A stretch of 64,000 nt of DNA from an uncultured Gammaproteobacteria bacterium (GTDB taxonomy: Bacteria; Patescibacteriota; Patescibacteriia; UBA1558; 2-01-FULL-52-15): positions 103,407-167,406 of the forward strand of contig CAZIOU010000001.1 in the NCBI GenBank assembly GCA_964540995.1, in the 5' to 3' direction. The position numbers were made by a program, and so were the translations under genes. The notes under the pieces were generated by a model. It worked only from the letters and a program-made list of their open reading frames with translations, searched no databases and had not been told where the DNA came from. Positions within the stretch are counted from its first letter, which is position 1. The number at the start of each line of letters is the position of its first letter. Below, piece by piece: positions 25,943-35,316 of this stretch.

Positions 25943-28444
25943 GTGAAATCAAAAGCTAAAACGAAAAATAAAAAGTTAGGGTTAAGTTCGATTGAAGCTA
26001 AGATTCGCCTGCAACAGTACGGCGAAAATGTTGTGTTTAAGAAAAAGCATCTACGTCCGGTAGTTGCTTTTATTCAAAAGTTCAACAGCCCACTGTTACT
26101 TATTTTGATCGCTGCCTCCATTGTATCGTATTTCGTAGGACAGCGGACCAATACCGTCATCTTACTGTTCATGGTTCTGTTATCGGCGGTATTAGATTTC
26201 GTTAACACCTACAAATCAGAGAAAGCGGTCGACAGTCTAATCGCCAAAGTTATTACTACCGCTACAGTCTGGCGTGACGGCAAGAAGCGAGAAATTTCTT
26301 TGAAAAACATTGTCCCCGGCGACATAATATTTTTATCAGCTGGTGATATCGTACCAGCTGACGGTCGCATTATTGAAAGTGATGACTGTTTCGTGAATCA
26401 ATCGGCTCTGACAGGAGAGTCATTTCCGTCTGAGAAGGAACCGGTTAGTTCGGTAGTACCCAAAGAATTAACAGCCGATTTGAAACAAATTGTCTTCATG
26501 GGTACGAGTGTGGTCACGGGATTTGCCACTATCGAAGTGTTACGCACGGGTACTCAGACAGAGTTTGGTAAGATCGCCAAGCAATTGCAGAAGACCGAGA
26601 CAGAAACGGATTTTGACAAAAATATCCGCAAGTTCAGTTTATTTATCATGCGGTTGACGTTGCTGCTCGTCAGCTTCGTTTTCCTCGTTAACGTCTTGGG
26701 TCATCGTGATCTGTTTACTTCATTTATTTTCGCTATCGCGATTGCCATCGGACTCACGCCGGAATTGCTGCCAGTTATAATCTCTGTTTCCCTTAGTCGC
26801 GGATCCGTACGAATGGCGGCCAAAGACGTTATCGTGAAACACCTGCCAGCTATTCAAAACTTCGGCAGTATGGATGTCCTCTGTACTGATAAAACTGGCA
26901 CACTAACCAAAGATCAGATTGAGTTGGTTAAATATGTCGACATTCGTGGACAAGCATCCGATCAATTATTGACTTACGCTTACGCCAATAGTTTCTATCA
27001 CACCGGTGTGCAGAATCCACTCGACACTGCTGTCAAAAATTTCAAGAAAATTAGTTTGGCTGCCTTGAAGAAAGTTGATGAGATTCCTTTTGACTTCATG
27101 CGCAAACGTCAATCGGTAGTAGTTGAGAGTGGCGGCAAGCATGTCCTTATCAGCAAAGGTGCGCCGGAGGAAATACTTAAAGTCAGCTCTCATTACGATG
27201 AAAACGGTGTTACCAAGCCATTGAGCGCCGCGATAATCCTGAAAGCCAACAAACAGTTTCAAGCTCTCTCCCAAGATGGGTTCCGAGTCCTTGGAGTCGC
27301 CACCAAACCACTAACCACCAAAGCCAAAACTTATTCTCATGACCAAGAAACCAACTTGGTCTTCCAAGGTTTTATCGCCTTCCTTGATCCAGCTAAGCCA
27401 ACGGCCGATGAAGCGATCAAAGAATTAGCGGAACTAGGAATAGAAATTAAGATTCTCACAGGTGACAACGAATTACTAACCCAGAAGATTTGCCGTGATC
27501 TCAAATTACCGATCAAAGGTACTTATACCGGTCAACAGATTGCCAAAATGTCTGATCTCAAGCTACAGCAAGTAGCCAATGAGGCTACTATATTTGCACG
27601 CGTGACGCCGGATCAGAAAGAACGGATCATTACGCTTCTACGCAAGAGCGGTCGGGTAGTAGGCTATCTCGGAGACGGCATCAATGACGCACCAGCGCTC
27701 AAAGCAGCCGACATCGGCATCTCAGTCAATAATGCTGTTGATGTGGCTAAGGAATCGGCTGATATGATTCTGTTGCAGAAAAGTCTGCGCGTACTCAAAG
27801 ACGGCATTATCGAGGGCCGCCGCACCTTCCACAATTCTCTCAAGTACATCATGATGGGGTTAAGCTCCAATTTCGGCAATATGTTCTCCATGATGGGCGC
27901 CTCGGTGATGCTACCATTTCTCCCTATGCAGCCAACACAGATCTTGCTTAATAACTTCATGTATGACAGCTCGCAACTCTCACTGTCATCCGATACCGTT
28001 GATGATGACGATATTAAGAAGCCGACCTCGTGGAATTTGAAGTTTATCCGTAAGTATATGTACGTCTTCGGTTTCGTCAGTTCAGTCTTTGATTTCTTAA
28101 CCTTTGGTTTACTCTATTTCATCTTTCACTTATCAGAGGCACAGTTTCAAACTGGCTGGTTCATTGAGTCGATTGCCACGCAGGTGTTCGTCATTTATGT
28201 TATCCGTACTAAGAAGATTCCTTTTATCCAGAGTCGACCGAGTATGTTGCTGCTGACCAATACACTGCTGGCAGTAATCATCGCTTGGGTATTGCCGTTC
28301 ACACCGATTGGTAGCTACTTCGGGTTGCAGCGTCTACCGTTATTAATCTTAATGCTAATAGCAGGGTTAGTCGTTGCTTACTTGATCCTCGTCCAATTTA
28401 CTAAGCAGATTTTTTATCGCCGGTTGTTAAGGTTAAAAGCGTAG
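25943..28444 (+). CDS. mgtA: magnesium-translocating P-type ATPase (MgtA-like)
   Basis: ICTDKTGTLT phosphorylation motif, GDGINDAPALK, N-terminal RLQQYGEN. Ten helices. GTG start. Confidence 0.8.
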   Translation: MKSKAKTKNKKLGLSSIEAKIRLQQYGENVVFKKKHLRPVVAFIQKFNSPLLLILIAASIVSYFVGQRTNTVILLFMVLLSAVLDFVNTYKSEKAVDSLIAKVITTATVWRDGKKREISLKNIVPGDIIFLSAGDIVPADGRIIESDDCFVNQSALTGESFPSEKEPVSSVVPKELTADLKQIVFMGTSVVTGFATIEVLRTGTQTEFGKIAKQLQKTETETDFDKNIRKFSLFIMRLTLLLVSFVFLVNVLGHRDLFTSFIFAIAIAIGLTPELLPVIISVSLSRGSVRMAAKDVIVKHLPAIQNFGSMDVLCTDKTGTLTKDQIELVKYVDIRGQASDQLLTYAYANSFYHTGVQNPLDTAVKNFKKISLAALKKVDEIPFDFMRKRQSVVVESGGKHVLISKGAPEEILKVSSHYDENGVTKPLSAAIILKANKQFQALSQDGFRVLGVATKPLTTKAKTYSHDQETNLVFQGFIAFLDPAKPTADEAIKELAELGIEIKILTGDNELLTQKICRDLKLPIKGTYTGQQIAKMSDLKLQQVANEATIFARVTPDQKERIITLLRKSGRVVGYLGDGINDAPALKAADIGISVNNAVDVAKESADMILLQKSLRVLKDGIIEGRRTFHNSLKYIMMGLSSNFGNMFSMMGASVMLPFLPMQPTQILLNNFMYDSSQLSLSSDTVDDDDIKKPTSWNLKFIRKYMYVFGFVSSVFDFLTFGLLYFIFHLSEAQFQTGWFIESIATQVFVIYVIRTKKIPFIQSRPSMLLLTNTLLAVIIAWVLPFTPIGSYFGLQRLPLLILMLIAGLVVAYLILVQFTKQIFYRRLLRLKA

Positions 28445-28475
28445 TGTAATCATTTTTTTAATCGCAAACTATCTA

Positions 28476-28517
28476 TTACGGTTTACGCCTTACGCATTAC
28501 GTTTTACGCTTTACGTC
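28476..28517. repeat. tandem heptamer repeat (TTACGNN x6)
   Basis: ttacggt ttacgcc ttacgca ttacgtt ttacgct ttacgtc, in the 3' flank of mgtA. Confidence 0.6.
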
Positions 28518-28520
28518 CTA

Positions 28521-28582
28521 AATAAAAAAGCGGTTCGCGTTGCACTGTGTGCTGTGCACTGTCGTGCTCGCGAACCGCTGTG
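28521..28582 (-). terminator. Rho-independent terminator of the minus-strand GC-rich operon (also follows mgtA)
   Basis: 11-bp stem agcggttcgcg/cgcgaaccgct with a 29-nt loop. The minus strand reads the hairpin then TTTTTTATTT. Confidence 0.6.
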
Positions 28583-28585
28583 TTG

Positions 28586-28978
28586 TTATTTCTGCTTCAC
28601 CCAGACAATGGAGTAGTAGATATACTCCATTGGTCCGGGCTTACACAGAGGATCAATAATAACCTCGATTTTCACCTCATCGCGGAAGAAATCCGGATAC
28701 TCATTCATCCAGTAGGTGAGAACTTGGGTGACCTGCTCAGCCACTTGTCGCATCACCTCAAGGGTGCGCTCAGGCCGGTACAGGAGACCGACGAAATTCA
28801 CCACGATGGTATCAGTTTGCCCTGGTTCGATCTGCGACCAGAGCAAGAAAGGTGTTACCAGACCTGGGTGTACCTTCATAGCAGACACCGATGCTACCCC
28901 TTGAGCCAGTGCTCGTATCAGACCCGCTTCGGCACCAGGGTCCATCTGTGACAGACCCATTACTTGCAGAATGGGCAT
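28586..28978 (-). CDS. hypothetical protein, N-terminus tautomerase-like (Met-Pro-Ile start)
   Basis: 130 aa beginning MPILQV, resembling Pro-1 tautomerase-superfamily starts. High GC. Confidence 0.45.
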   Translation of the reverse strand: MPILQVMGLSQMDPGAEAGLIRALAQGVASVSAMKVHPGLVTPFLLWSQIEPGQTDTIVVNFVGLLYRPERTLEVMRQVAEQVTQVLTYWMNEYPDFFRDEVKIEVIIDPLCKPGPMEYIYYSIVWVKQK

Positions 28979-28982
28979 TTCA

Positions 28983-29198
28983 GACCTTCCTTTCGATTAC
29001 GATCGTAGTGACAGAGGATTCCCATAGGCCTAAAAACACAGAATATGGCACCGTGACTGCGTTCTTGATGCCCCATTGATCACGAAGTAGGTGGTTCTCT
29101 TCTAGGAACTCTGTAATTGTCTTCTCAATCTCACTTGGCGTTGGTAGTTTATCAGTCCTAGTATGAATATGGAGTACTATTTCCCTCGGCTGTGACAT
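28983..29198 (-). CDS. hypothetical small protein (72 aa)
   Basis: Internal ATG at 29198 preceded by AAAGGA SD. Sequence MSQPREIVLHIHTRTDKLPTPSEIEKTITEF... The longer 29387 start is less likely. Confidence 0.4.
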
Positions 29199-29217
29199 GA
29201 GTTGTCCTTTCGCCTTA

Positions 29218-29406
29218 TCAATGGAGTAAGCGCAGGCCGAGATTTCCCAGCCAGCGGAAAAAATAAAACGGGAGACGCAGGAAGAAAAATCCGACCATTC
29301 GCAACGTCCGCCAGTACCACTGCACCGCGCCATTACCGAGGATACGGCAGAGCGCGAACAGAAGTAGTAGTATGATACCGATACCACCGATCAGTGGTGT
29401 GATCAT
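29218..29406 (-). CDS. hypothetical small membrane protein (62 aa)
   Basis: Single hydrophobic helix LIGGIGIILLLLFALC. GGAGG SD upstream of the ATG at 29406. Confidence 0.4.
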   Translation of the reverse strand: MITPLIGGIGIILLLLFALCRILGNGAVQWYWRTLRMVGFFFLRLPFYFFRWLGNLGLRLLH

Positions 29407-29433
29407 TGATTCCTCCGATATGTGAAAGAGCTA

Positions 29434-29513
29434 GACTCTCTTGAGCTTACGATTGAGTTTTATCATAAGCTCGAGAGAGTCCCGCATCAGCTTCTAAGTG
29501 AAGTTGATGCGGG
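29434..29513 (-). ncRNA. two consecutive intercistronic stem-loops without a U-tract
   Basis: An imperfect 17-bp inverted repeat (29434-29450 pairing 29466-29481) and a 13-bp stem cccgcatcagctt/aagttgatgcggg (29481-29513), between the 126-aa and 62-aa genes. Confidence 0.4.
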
Positions 29514-29519
29514 AAGTGT

Positions 29520-29900
29520 TCAGCCGGTAGTCGTTGGCTTCGAGTCCTTGACGGACTTACGAACCAGCGGCTTATGCGGCATCTGATTGGACGCGAACAG
29601 CAACAAGCCACCCGTGGCCATGATTGCCAGTCCCAACCAGAAATACAGTCGGGGATTGTGAAACAGACAGACCGCTGCCGTCGTCAGTCCTACCGCCATC
29701 ATGATGGGGGCGACGATCGCCAGCAGCTCCTTCAGCGACATGGTTGCCACTCTTAGACTGAAGCCGAGTCCGATCAGAAGGAAGGCCAGTGCCATCAGGC
29801 AAATAACAGCCACGTTGTCAGTGTCTCTGGGCGGGAACAGTGCTACGCCAATCGAAAATATCCCCAGAAGTATCACGCCGTGGGACAGCTTCTTGTTCAT
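29520..29900 (-). CDS. hypothetical small membrane protein (four helices)
   Basis: 126-aa hydrophobic ORF in the GC-rich block. Confidence 0.5.
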   Translation of the reverse strand: MNKKLSHGVILLGIFSIGVALFPPRDTDNVAVICLMALAFLLIGLGFSLRVATMSLKELLAIVAPIMMAVGLTTAAVCLFHNPRLYFWLGLAIMATGGLLLFASNQMPHKPLVRKSVKDSKPTTTG

Positions 29901-30094
29901 GACTTCTCCTCCTTGGATTTGGTCTCGGTATTCTGACCACGTAATTCACTTATGATCTCGTCCCGCGCTTCGGCAATAAGCATAGCAACAGCACCTAGAG
30001 CGCAAGCCGTAGCCAAAGCATAGCTGAAGCTCTGTGATGCTTCCCAGACTAGAAAACTTGAAAGCATTGCAAGTATCATCGCTATGGTTATCAT
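29897..30094 (-). CDS. hypothetical small membrane protein
   Basis: 65 aa with two hydrophobic segments. 4-nt overlap with neighbours on both sides. Confidence 0.45.
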   Translation of the reverse strand: MITIAMILAMLSSFLVWEASQSFSYALATACALGAVAMLIAEARDEIISELRGQNTETKSKEEKS

Positions 30095-30450
30095 GACCTC
30101 TCCTTGGCAGGTGATAAGGTAAGCAACTTAATGATTAACGCAATTGTCATAAGTATTATGCTTACCACTATCACGAACCACATATGTGGGCTGAGTATTT
30201 GTGTGGCTACATACAAGAATAGAGCAGCCAGCATCATAGCTGTAGATTCTGCCTTGAGAAACCCACGAACTGTCAAATCATCTGTGAATAAAATATGGCT
30301 CTTGCCATAGAGCGCCAAATACATGGCTGTCAGCAAGCCAATCAGCTCGGGTTCAGGTCGCAACACGATGCAAATTCCTGCTACCATTAAGCAGACGAAA
30401 GCAAATACTAGTATCAGTATCGACAGAATTGTTGTTATGCCCCGAACCAT
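30091..30450 (-). CDS. hypothetical small membrane protein (four helices)
   Basis: 119-aa hydrophobic ORF, first gene of the block. Confidence 0.5.
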   Translation of the reverse strand: MVRGITTILSILILVFAFVCLMVAGICIVLRPEPELIGLLTAMYLALYGKSHILFTDDLTVRGFLKAESTAMMLAALFLYVATQILSPHMWFVIVVSIILMTIALIIKLLTLSPAKERS

Positions 30451-30574
30451 TTTGACGCACCTCCAGGAAAAGGAGTGAAAATGTCTGATATTGTAAAGAG
30501 CGGTAATCGCCTAAATCTACAACCGAGTTATAGACTTGGGTGAGGCCCCGATAGTGATGCTATCGGGGCATGTT

Positions 30575-30781
30575 TTAGTGAAGTGCAATACCTTCCAGTC
30601 GCTTCCGGAAGTCGATCAGGAAACGCACTCGCGGCAATTGAGCTCGGAGCTCTTCTACAGCCGCTTGCTTAAGCAAGGCGTCCACTTCAGACGGGCATTT
30701 GGTCGGATCAGTCAGCCAGAGCTCGAAATAGTGCTCTATCAGCCTACCTTGTTCCGACATTAGGAGTTGGTGGAGTGTCAT
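30575..30781 (-). CDS. hypothetical protein
   Basis: 68-aa ORF with ATG and a distant GGAAG. Followed by a 10-bp stem gccccgatag/ctatcggggc. Confidence 0.3.
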   Translation of the reverse strand: MTLHQLLMSEQGRLIEHYFELWLTDPTKCPSEVDALLKQAAVEELRAQLPRVRFLIDFRKRLEGIALH

Positions 30782-30982
30782 GGTACACCGGTACTTCCTT
30801 TGATGGGTGTAACGAATAGAAGAAGGTGGGCCGGTTGAAATGAACTGTTGGCTAGTCTTTGATCGTCAATTTGCCTTCAAAAAGACGTTTTAACCAGTGA
30901 TTCGCTATTATATTAACTATTGCTAGATATGTCAAGTGAGTCTGGCTTGCTCAAATAGCGGCTATTTTCTATACTAGGAGGT

Positions 30983-31870
30983 ATGAAAAATTCAACTATT
31001 ATAGCCGTAGTCATCGGCCTGATCATCGTGACTGCTGTTAGCTATGTCATTTTCCAGCAGCCTTTCAAGCAGGTAGTCTGTACTGAAGAAGCTATGGTCT
31101 GCCCTGATGGCACACCAGTAGGACGCCGTGGACCCAAATGTGAATTTGCCCCTTGCCCGTCCAAGCCCCAGCAGAACATTACTGTCAGCGAGCCAGCAGC
31201 AGATCAAGAGATTGGATTACCTTTGGTCATCTCCGGTCAAGCTCGAGTATTTGAAAATGTAATGAACTATCGACTGAAAGATGCTGACGGTTCAGTCTTG
31301 GTAGAAGGTTTCGCTAGCGCGCAAGCTCCTGATGTCGGTCAGTTCGGTCCTTATCGTGTAGCGGTGTCCTATCCGCAACCTAAAGGTACTGTCGGTAGTG
31401 TCGAAATATTTAGCCGTTCAGCCAAAGACGGTGCTGAAATTAATAAGACGACTGTCGCTATTAAATTCGCAGCCGTTGAATCACAGACCGTCAAAGCTTT
31501 CTTCGGCAACCGTTTGAAAGATCCCAAAATTTTAGATTGTTCCAAAATCTTCCCTGTCACTCGCCGAATTGCTAAAACAACAGGCGTAGCTCAAGCAGCT
31601 CTGACTGAATTATTGCAAGGAACTAGTTTCAATGAATTGAACCAGGGGTATTTCAGCAACATTAATCCCGACGTTAAGATTAACTCTATTACGATAGAAA
31701 ATGGTGTTGCCAAAGTTGATTTCGGTGATATGTTGCAGGCTGGAGTAGCTGGATCGTGCCGAGTCACCGCTATTCGCTCGCAGATCGAGCAGACATTGAA
31801 ACAATTTCCGACAATTAAGTCAGTTGTTCTTTCTATCAACGGCGAAACCGAAGATATCTTACAACCCTAG
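30983..31870 (+). CDS. GerMN-domain protein with N-terminal Ig-like (Gmad2-like) region
   Basis: Signal/TM anchor. C-terminal block FFGNRLKD...DCSKIFPVTRRIAKTTGVAQAALTELLQG...GSCRVTAIRSQIEQTLKQFPTIKSVVLSINGE typical of GerMN. Confidence 0.7.
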   Translation: MKNSTIIAVVIGLIIVTAVSYVIFQQPFKQVVCTEEAMVCPDGTPVGRRGPKCEFAPCPSKPQQNITVSEPAADQEIGLPLVISGQARVFENVMNYRLKDADGSVLVEGFASAQAPDVGQFGPYRVAVSYPQPKGTVGSVEIFSRSAKDGAEINKTTVAIKFAAVESQTVKAFFGNRLKDPKILDCSKIFPVTRRIAKTTGVAQAALTELLQGTSFNELNQGYFSNINPDVKINSITIENGVAKVDFGDMLQAGVAGSCRVTAIRSQIEQTLKQFPTIKSVVLSINGETEDILQP

Positions 31871-31914
31871 GTTGCATTGGTTCAACGTCGTACTAAACGG
31901 TTAAGGAGGTTCTG

Positions 31915-32112
31915 GTGGACCATAGGATTGTGCCCCAATCCAAGCTGATCGCAGTGCGTTGCGGCCAGCCGACGTGCAGTAAGCCATTTTATATCGCTCA
32001 CCGAGAGCAGGACAGGCTGCCTACCGAGACCAGGTGTCCCTGGTGCGACACAACTGAACGGTTGACGTTCGAGCCAACTTGCACCGTGGCAGTGGCATCT
32101 GTTGCTGCCTGA
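31915..32112 (+). CDS. small zinc-ribbon protein (65 aa)
   Basis: GTG start 6 nt after AAGGAGG. Cys pairs RCGQPTC and CPWC. Its own hairpin terminator follows. Confidence 0.5.
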   Translation: MDHRIVPQSKLIAVRCGQPTCSKPFYIAHREQDRLPTETRCPWCDTTERLTFEPTCTVAVASVAA

Positions 32113-32118
32113 CCACAT

Positions 32119-32157
32119 CCACCCTTTATTGCTTCGGCGATGGAGGGTGGTTTATTT
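32119..32157 (+). terminator. Rho-independent terminator
   Basis: 7-bp stem ccaccct/agggtgg followed by TTTATTT. Confidence 0.55.
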
Positions 32158-32267
32158 AAAGGCGACTTGGTACTCGCTGCTCGTCACTCGTTTTCTGGCA
32201 TTTGGCAACGATGTAACATGTTGGATTTCCGAGCATCGAGTAGCCAGCACCGAGCACCGTTTTCTCT

Positions 32268-32296
32268 TTGATTTTCCCACCAATTCATTGTATAAT
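32268..32296 (+). promoter_or_regulatory. sigma70-like promoter TTGATT-17-TATAAT, likely producing a leaderless mRNA
   Basis: -35 at 32268-32273 and -10 at 32291-32296. ATG at 32304 lies about 8 nt after the -10. Confidence 0.45.
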
Positions 32297-32303
32297 AATG
32301 TCC

Positions 32304-33902
32304 ATGGAATTATCCCAAGGGATTAAGGATCTGTATCAGCGACTAGCGGCGATTCAGCGAGCTGAAGCCATCAGCCCTGATGTTTCCAAAATTGAAGTCG
32401 ATGAAATTGCTAGTCGATTAGCTACTCTGTACGAGCAAATTCGTAACACGATTGATTATCGCGAAGACTATCTGCTTCGTCGTTTTGCTATTCAGCGTTA
32501 TCTGCGCCAAGAGTTACTCGGCGGTGATCTCAAAGCGGAGACAGCCAAATCATTGCTAGAGGGTTTGATTCGCGGCAAATATCTCCCCAATAACACTTTG
32601 CCAGAAACGATCATTCCCGAAGTAGAAACCATAATTCACAAATATGGTCGTTTATTGCAGTTATTGAATGAAAGAAATTATAATCGCAAGCAACGCAAGC
32701 AGTATCAAGAATTTCTTATTGGCACAATTTCCTGTGAAATCGATCTTTTTCTCTCCCCAGAGTTCAAAAATGACGCCTTAATTGAAGCTGCATATCAGTT
32801 CGTCAAAGACCGTGTCAAAATCAAAGGTGACGGCCTGACGATACGAGAGAAGAATGTACAGCTGTACATAGCTATTCACAAAGATCTCGTAGTTTCAGAC
32901 GAAAATATCATCAATTTCCATCTATTCCAGCTTTATTTCCCCGATTGGTCTCAAGCTGACGAGCGACTGGTGGCCTATGTTGCTGACAAGTTTCCTAGTA
33001 TTTATCATGGGATCAAAGAGCATCTCAAATACCCTGACGGCTCCAAGATTCGGATCGCCATGCGCAAGGAGCTGGCAATATTTAAGATACTCAAGGACAT
33101 AATTTTCAACCCTGATCTCGATCTGACAGAGCTCATAGCTGATCCCGAGTTGCTGAAGCTTGAAGCTACAAAGTCCTTGGATGCTATGAATAAGCGTATC
33201 CGTAGCAAGATTCGTCGCAGTTCTGTGCGGGCCATCTTCTATATTTTCCTGACCAAGATGGTTTTGGCAGTTATTCTCGAGTATCCCTATGATCTGATCG
33301 TTATGCATCATGTCAAGTGGATACCACTGGCTATTAACGTCTTCTTCCCGCCGATCCTCATGTTCTTCGTGGCTCTGACAGTCCATATGCCCGGAGTGGC
33401 CAATAGCAAGGCTATTATTGATGCTTTCATGGGCTATGCCTACAATAATCCCGAAAGCCATACGCTTGTCGTCCTGACCAGCAAGAAGCGTCGCTCGGCC
33501 ATATTTTTGAGCTTCTTATACGCGCTCTACATCATTCTCTACGCAGTTGTCTTTGGCTTTATCATCTACTGGTTACGACGATTTGAATTCAACATTATGA
33601 GCGGCGGACTGTTCATTTTCTTCGTCACCGTAGTTAGCTTCTTTGCTACTCGTATACGTCTGCAGGCACGTGAATATAGCGTGGTACGACTACGACAAGG
33701 AATTATTGGTTTCTTATTGAACTTCTTTTCCTTACCGATTATCAAATTGGGTCATCTACTCTCTAGTAATATTAGCCGCATCAATATATTTATATTCATT
33801 TTCGATTTCGTACTAGAAGCTCCGGTCAAGCTTGTGGTAGCATTGATGGAGAATCTCTTTGGCTTCGTGCGTGAGAAGCGGGATGAAATTTATAAAGAGT
33901 AG
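32304..33902 (+). CDS. hypothetical large membrane protein (soluble N-terminal half, multi-helix C-terminal half)
   Basis: Long ORF. Start moved to ATG 32304 because the track's TTG start is the -35 hexamer itself. No family recognised. Confidence 0.55.
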   Translation: MELSQGIKDLYQRLAAIQRAEAISPDVSKIEVDEIASRLATLYEQIRNTIDYREDYLLRRFAIQRYLRQELLGGDLKAETAKSLLEGLIRGKYLPNNTLPETIIPEVETIIHKYGRLLQLLNERNYNRKQRKQYQEFLIGTISCEIDLFLSPEFKNDALIEAAYQFVKDRVKIKGDGLTIREKNVQLYIAIHKDLVVSDENIINFHLFQLYFPDWSQADERLVAYVADKFPSIYHGIKEHLKYPDGSKIRIAMRKELAIFKILKDIIFNPDLDLTELIADPELLKLEATKSLDAMNKRIRSKIRRSSVRAIFYIFLTKMVLAVILEYPYDLIVMHHVKWIPLAINVFFPPILMFFVALTVHMPGVANSKAIIDAFMGYAYNNPESHTLVVLTSKKRRSAIFLSFLYALYIILYAVVFGFIIYWLRRFEFNIMSGGLFIFFVTVVSFFATRIRLQAREYSVVRLRQGIIGFLLNFFSLPIIKLGHLLSSNISRINIFIFIFDFVLEAPVKLVVALMENLFGFVREKRDEIYKE

Positions 33903-33943
33903 GTGGTAGCTTGTAGGTCGTAGGCAGTAGCAAAACCAAAAAA

Positions 33944-34948
33944 ATGTTCAGTTCCAAAATGATTACAACAATTGGCAGCGCAGTTATGGACGTGATGTTC
34001 TATACGGAAGAATTGAGTGTTATCAACAACGCCCAAGATCCAACCCGTAAGAAACTTCTTGGTTTTGAATTTGGTGCCAAAATCGTCAGTGATGAAGTGT
34101 ATTTTACTCATGGCGGCGGAGCCTTGAATGCTGCGATGACCTTCGCTCGGCAGGGTATCCCAGTGCAGACGATGACTTGTGTCGGTAACGATCCGGCTGG
34201 TAAAGATGTTTACGCTGTCCTGCGTCATAATAAAATCGGACATCAGTTGCTTCAAGTTAGTAAGACGGAACGCACCGCTACCTCGTGGGTGATCAATTCA
34301 CTGAAACAAGAAGATCACGTCATATTCTTCTATCCAGGAGCACGTGCCGACTTAGATTTGTCCGTTAAGAAGATCAAACAGATTAGGACACCATGGATCT
34401 ACTGTACTTCATTGACTGGTGTCAAGAAATTACCCACAGCTTTGCAAGCGCTTTTTTTGCACGCCGGTAAACATGATCAGAAGATTGTCTGGAACCCTGG
34501 TGCGGGGGAATTGCAATTGGGTTGGAGTAAACTGAAGAAATGCTTTGCCTTAACTCACATCCTGATTGTTAATTTAGACGAAGCTTTGCAATTATTGCAG
34601 TCGGCGGGAGAGAAGAATCTTGCCTCCTTACCACCGAGAAGTGTGATCAAGAAATTGCAGGCTTTCGGCCAGACCATGACGGTAATTACTAATGGCGATA
34701 AGGGTTCGTACCTGTATGATGGTCGGACATTGCTTTTCAAATCAGCCCTGAAGAATTTGAAAGTCGTCAATACAACTGGTGCGGGTGATGCTTTCGGTTC
34801 TGGCTTGGTGAGCGGGCTGATCCGCTACAAAGGTAATATGAGTCGGGCTTTGAGTCTTGCCATCTACAATTCTGGCTCGGTGGTGACGCATTATGGTGCG
34901 CAGGCGGGTATCTTGACCTCACAGAAGATTCAGTCGCTCAACATCTAG
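33944..34948 (+). CDS. PfkB-family carbohydrate kinase (ribokinase-like)
   Basis: GGGALNAAMTFARQG and NTTGAGDAFGSGLVSGL signature motifs. Confidence 0.8.
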   Translation: MFSSKMITTIGSAVMDVMFYTEELSVINNAQDPTRKKLLGFEFGAKIVSDEVYFTHGGGALNAAMTFARQGIPVQTMTCVGNDPAGKDVYAVLRHNKIGHQLLQVSKTERTATSWVINSLKQEDHVIFFYPGARADLDLSVKKIKQIRTPWIYCTSLTGVKKLPTALQALFLHAGKHDQKIVWNPGAGELQLGWSKLKKCFALTHILIVNLDEALQLLQSAGEKNLASLPPRSVIKKLQAFGQTMTVITNGDKGSYLYDGRTLLFKSALKNLKVVNTTGAGDAFGSGLVSGLIRYKGNMSRALSLAIYNSGSVVTHYGAQAGILTSQKIQSLNI

Positions 34949-34949
34949 T

Positions 34950-35282
34950 ATGGCGCTAGCTCAAGCTGTGACTTCGACCTCGGCCGAATTGAGTCAGCAA
35001 TTACAGCAGGCGCAGCTGGAGCTACAAGCCATCAAGAATCACCAAGCGATACAGCCGATCTCAATATTTCATTGGTCAGAGCCTAAACTCTGGCTGCTTT
35101 TATTTTTTTTAATAGTAGCATTAGGTTGTCTCAATGCTATTCGCAGGCGAGCTAAGCGACGTCGCACGGCAGAGACGCCGGTCTTTGATCGACAGCAAGC
35201 AGAAGTTGAGTTACGCCAGGCCTTCGCTGACAAACTGCCGACTGTTACAGTTAAGCCACGAAAACGTCAAAAGTCCAAGTAG
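34950..35282 (+). CDS. hypothetical single-pass membrane protein with basic C-terminus
   Basis: 110 aa, coiled-coil-like N-terminus, one TM helix. Abuts the kinase stop. Confidence 0.45.
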   Translation: MALAQAVTSTSAELSQQLQQAQLELQAIKNHQAIQPISIFHWSEPKLWLLLFFLIVALGCLNAIRRRAKRRRTAETPVFDRQQAEVELRQAFADKLPTVTVKPRKRQKSK

Positions 35283-35316
35283 TTGAAAGCACTAATTTCT
35301 GCTAGACTGTCTGCGT

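Noticed and set aside
28476-28517. Possible CRISPR array
   Set aside because: Repeats are 7 nt, contiguous, with no spacers. No cas genes anywhere in the window. No other candidate arrays were seen.
30536-30763. 75-aa plus-strand ORF antisense to 30575..30781
   Set aside because: TTG start, no RBS, and it runs through a 10-bp hairpin. The minus-strand ORF is slightly better supported, though itself weak.
31861-31875. caaccctaggttg near-palindrome at the GerMN stop, resembling the transposase palindromes
   Set aside because: Only a 12-13 bp imperfect match around a common CCTAGG core. Likely coincidence.
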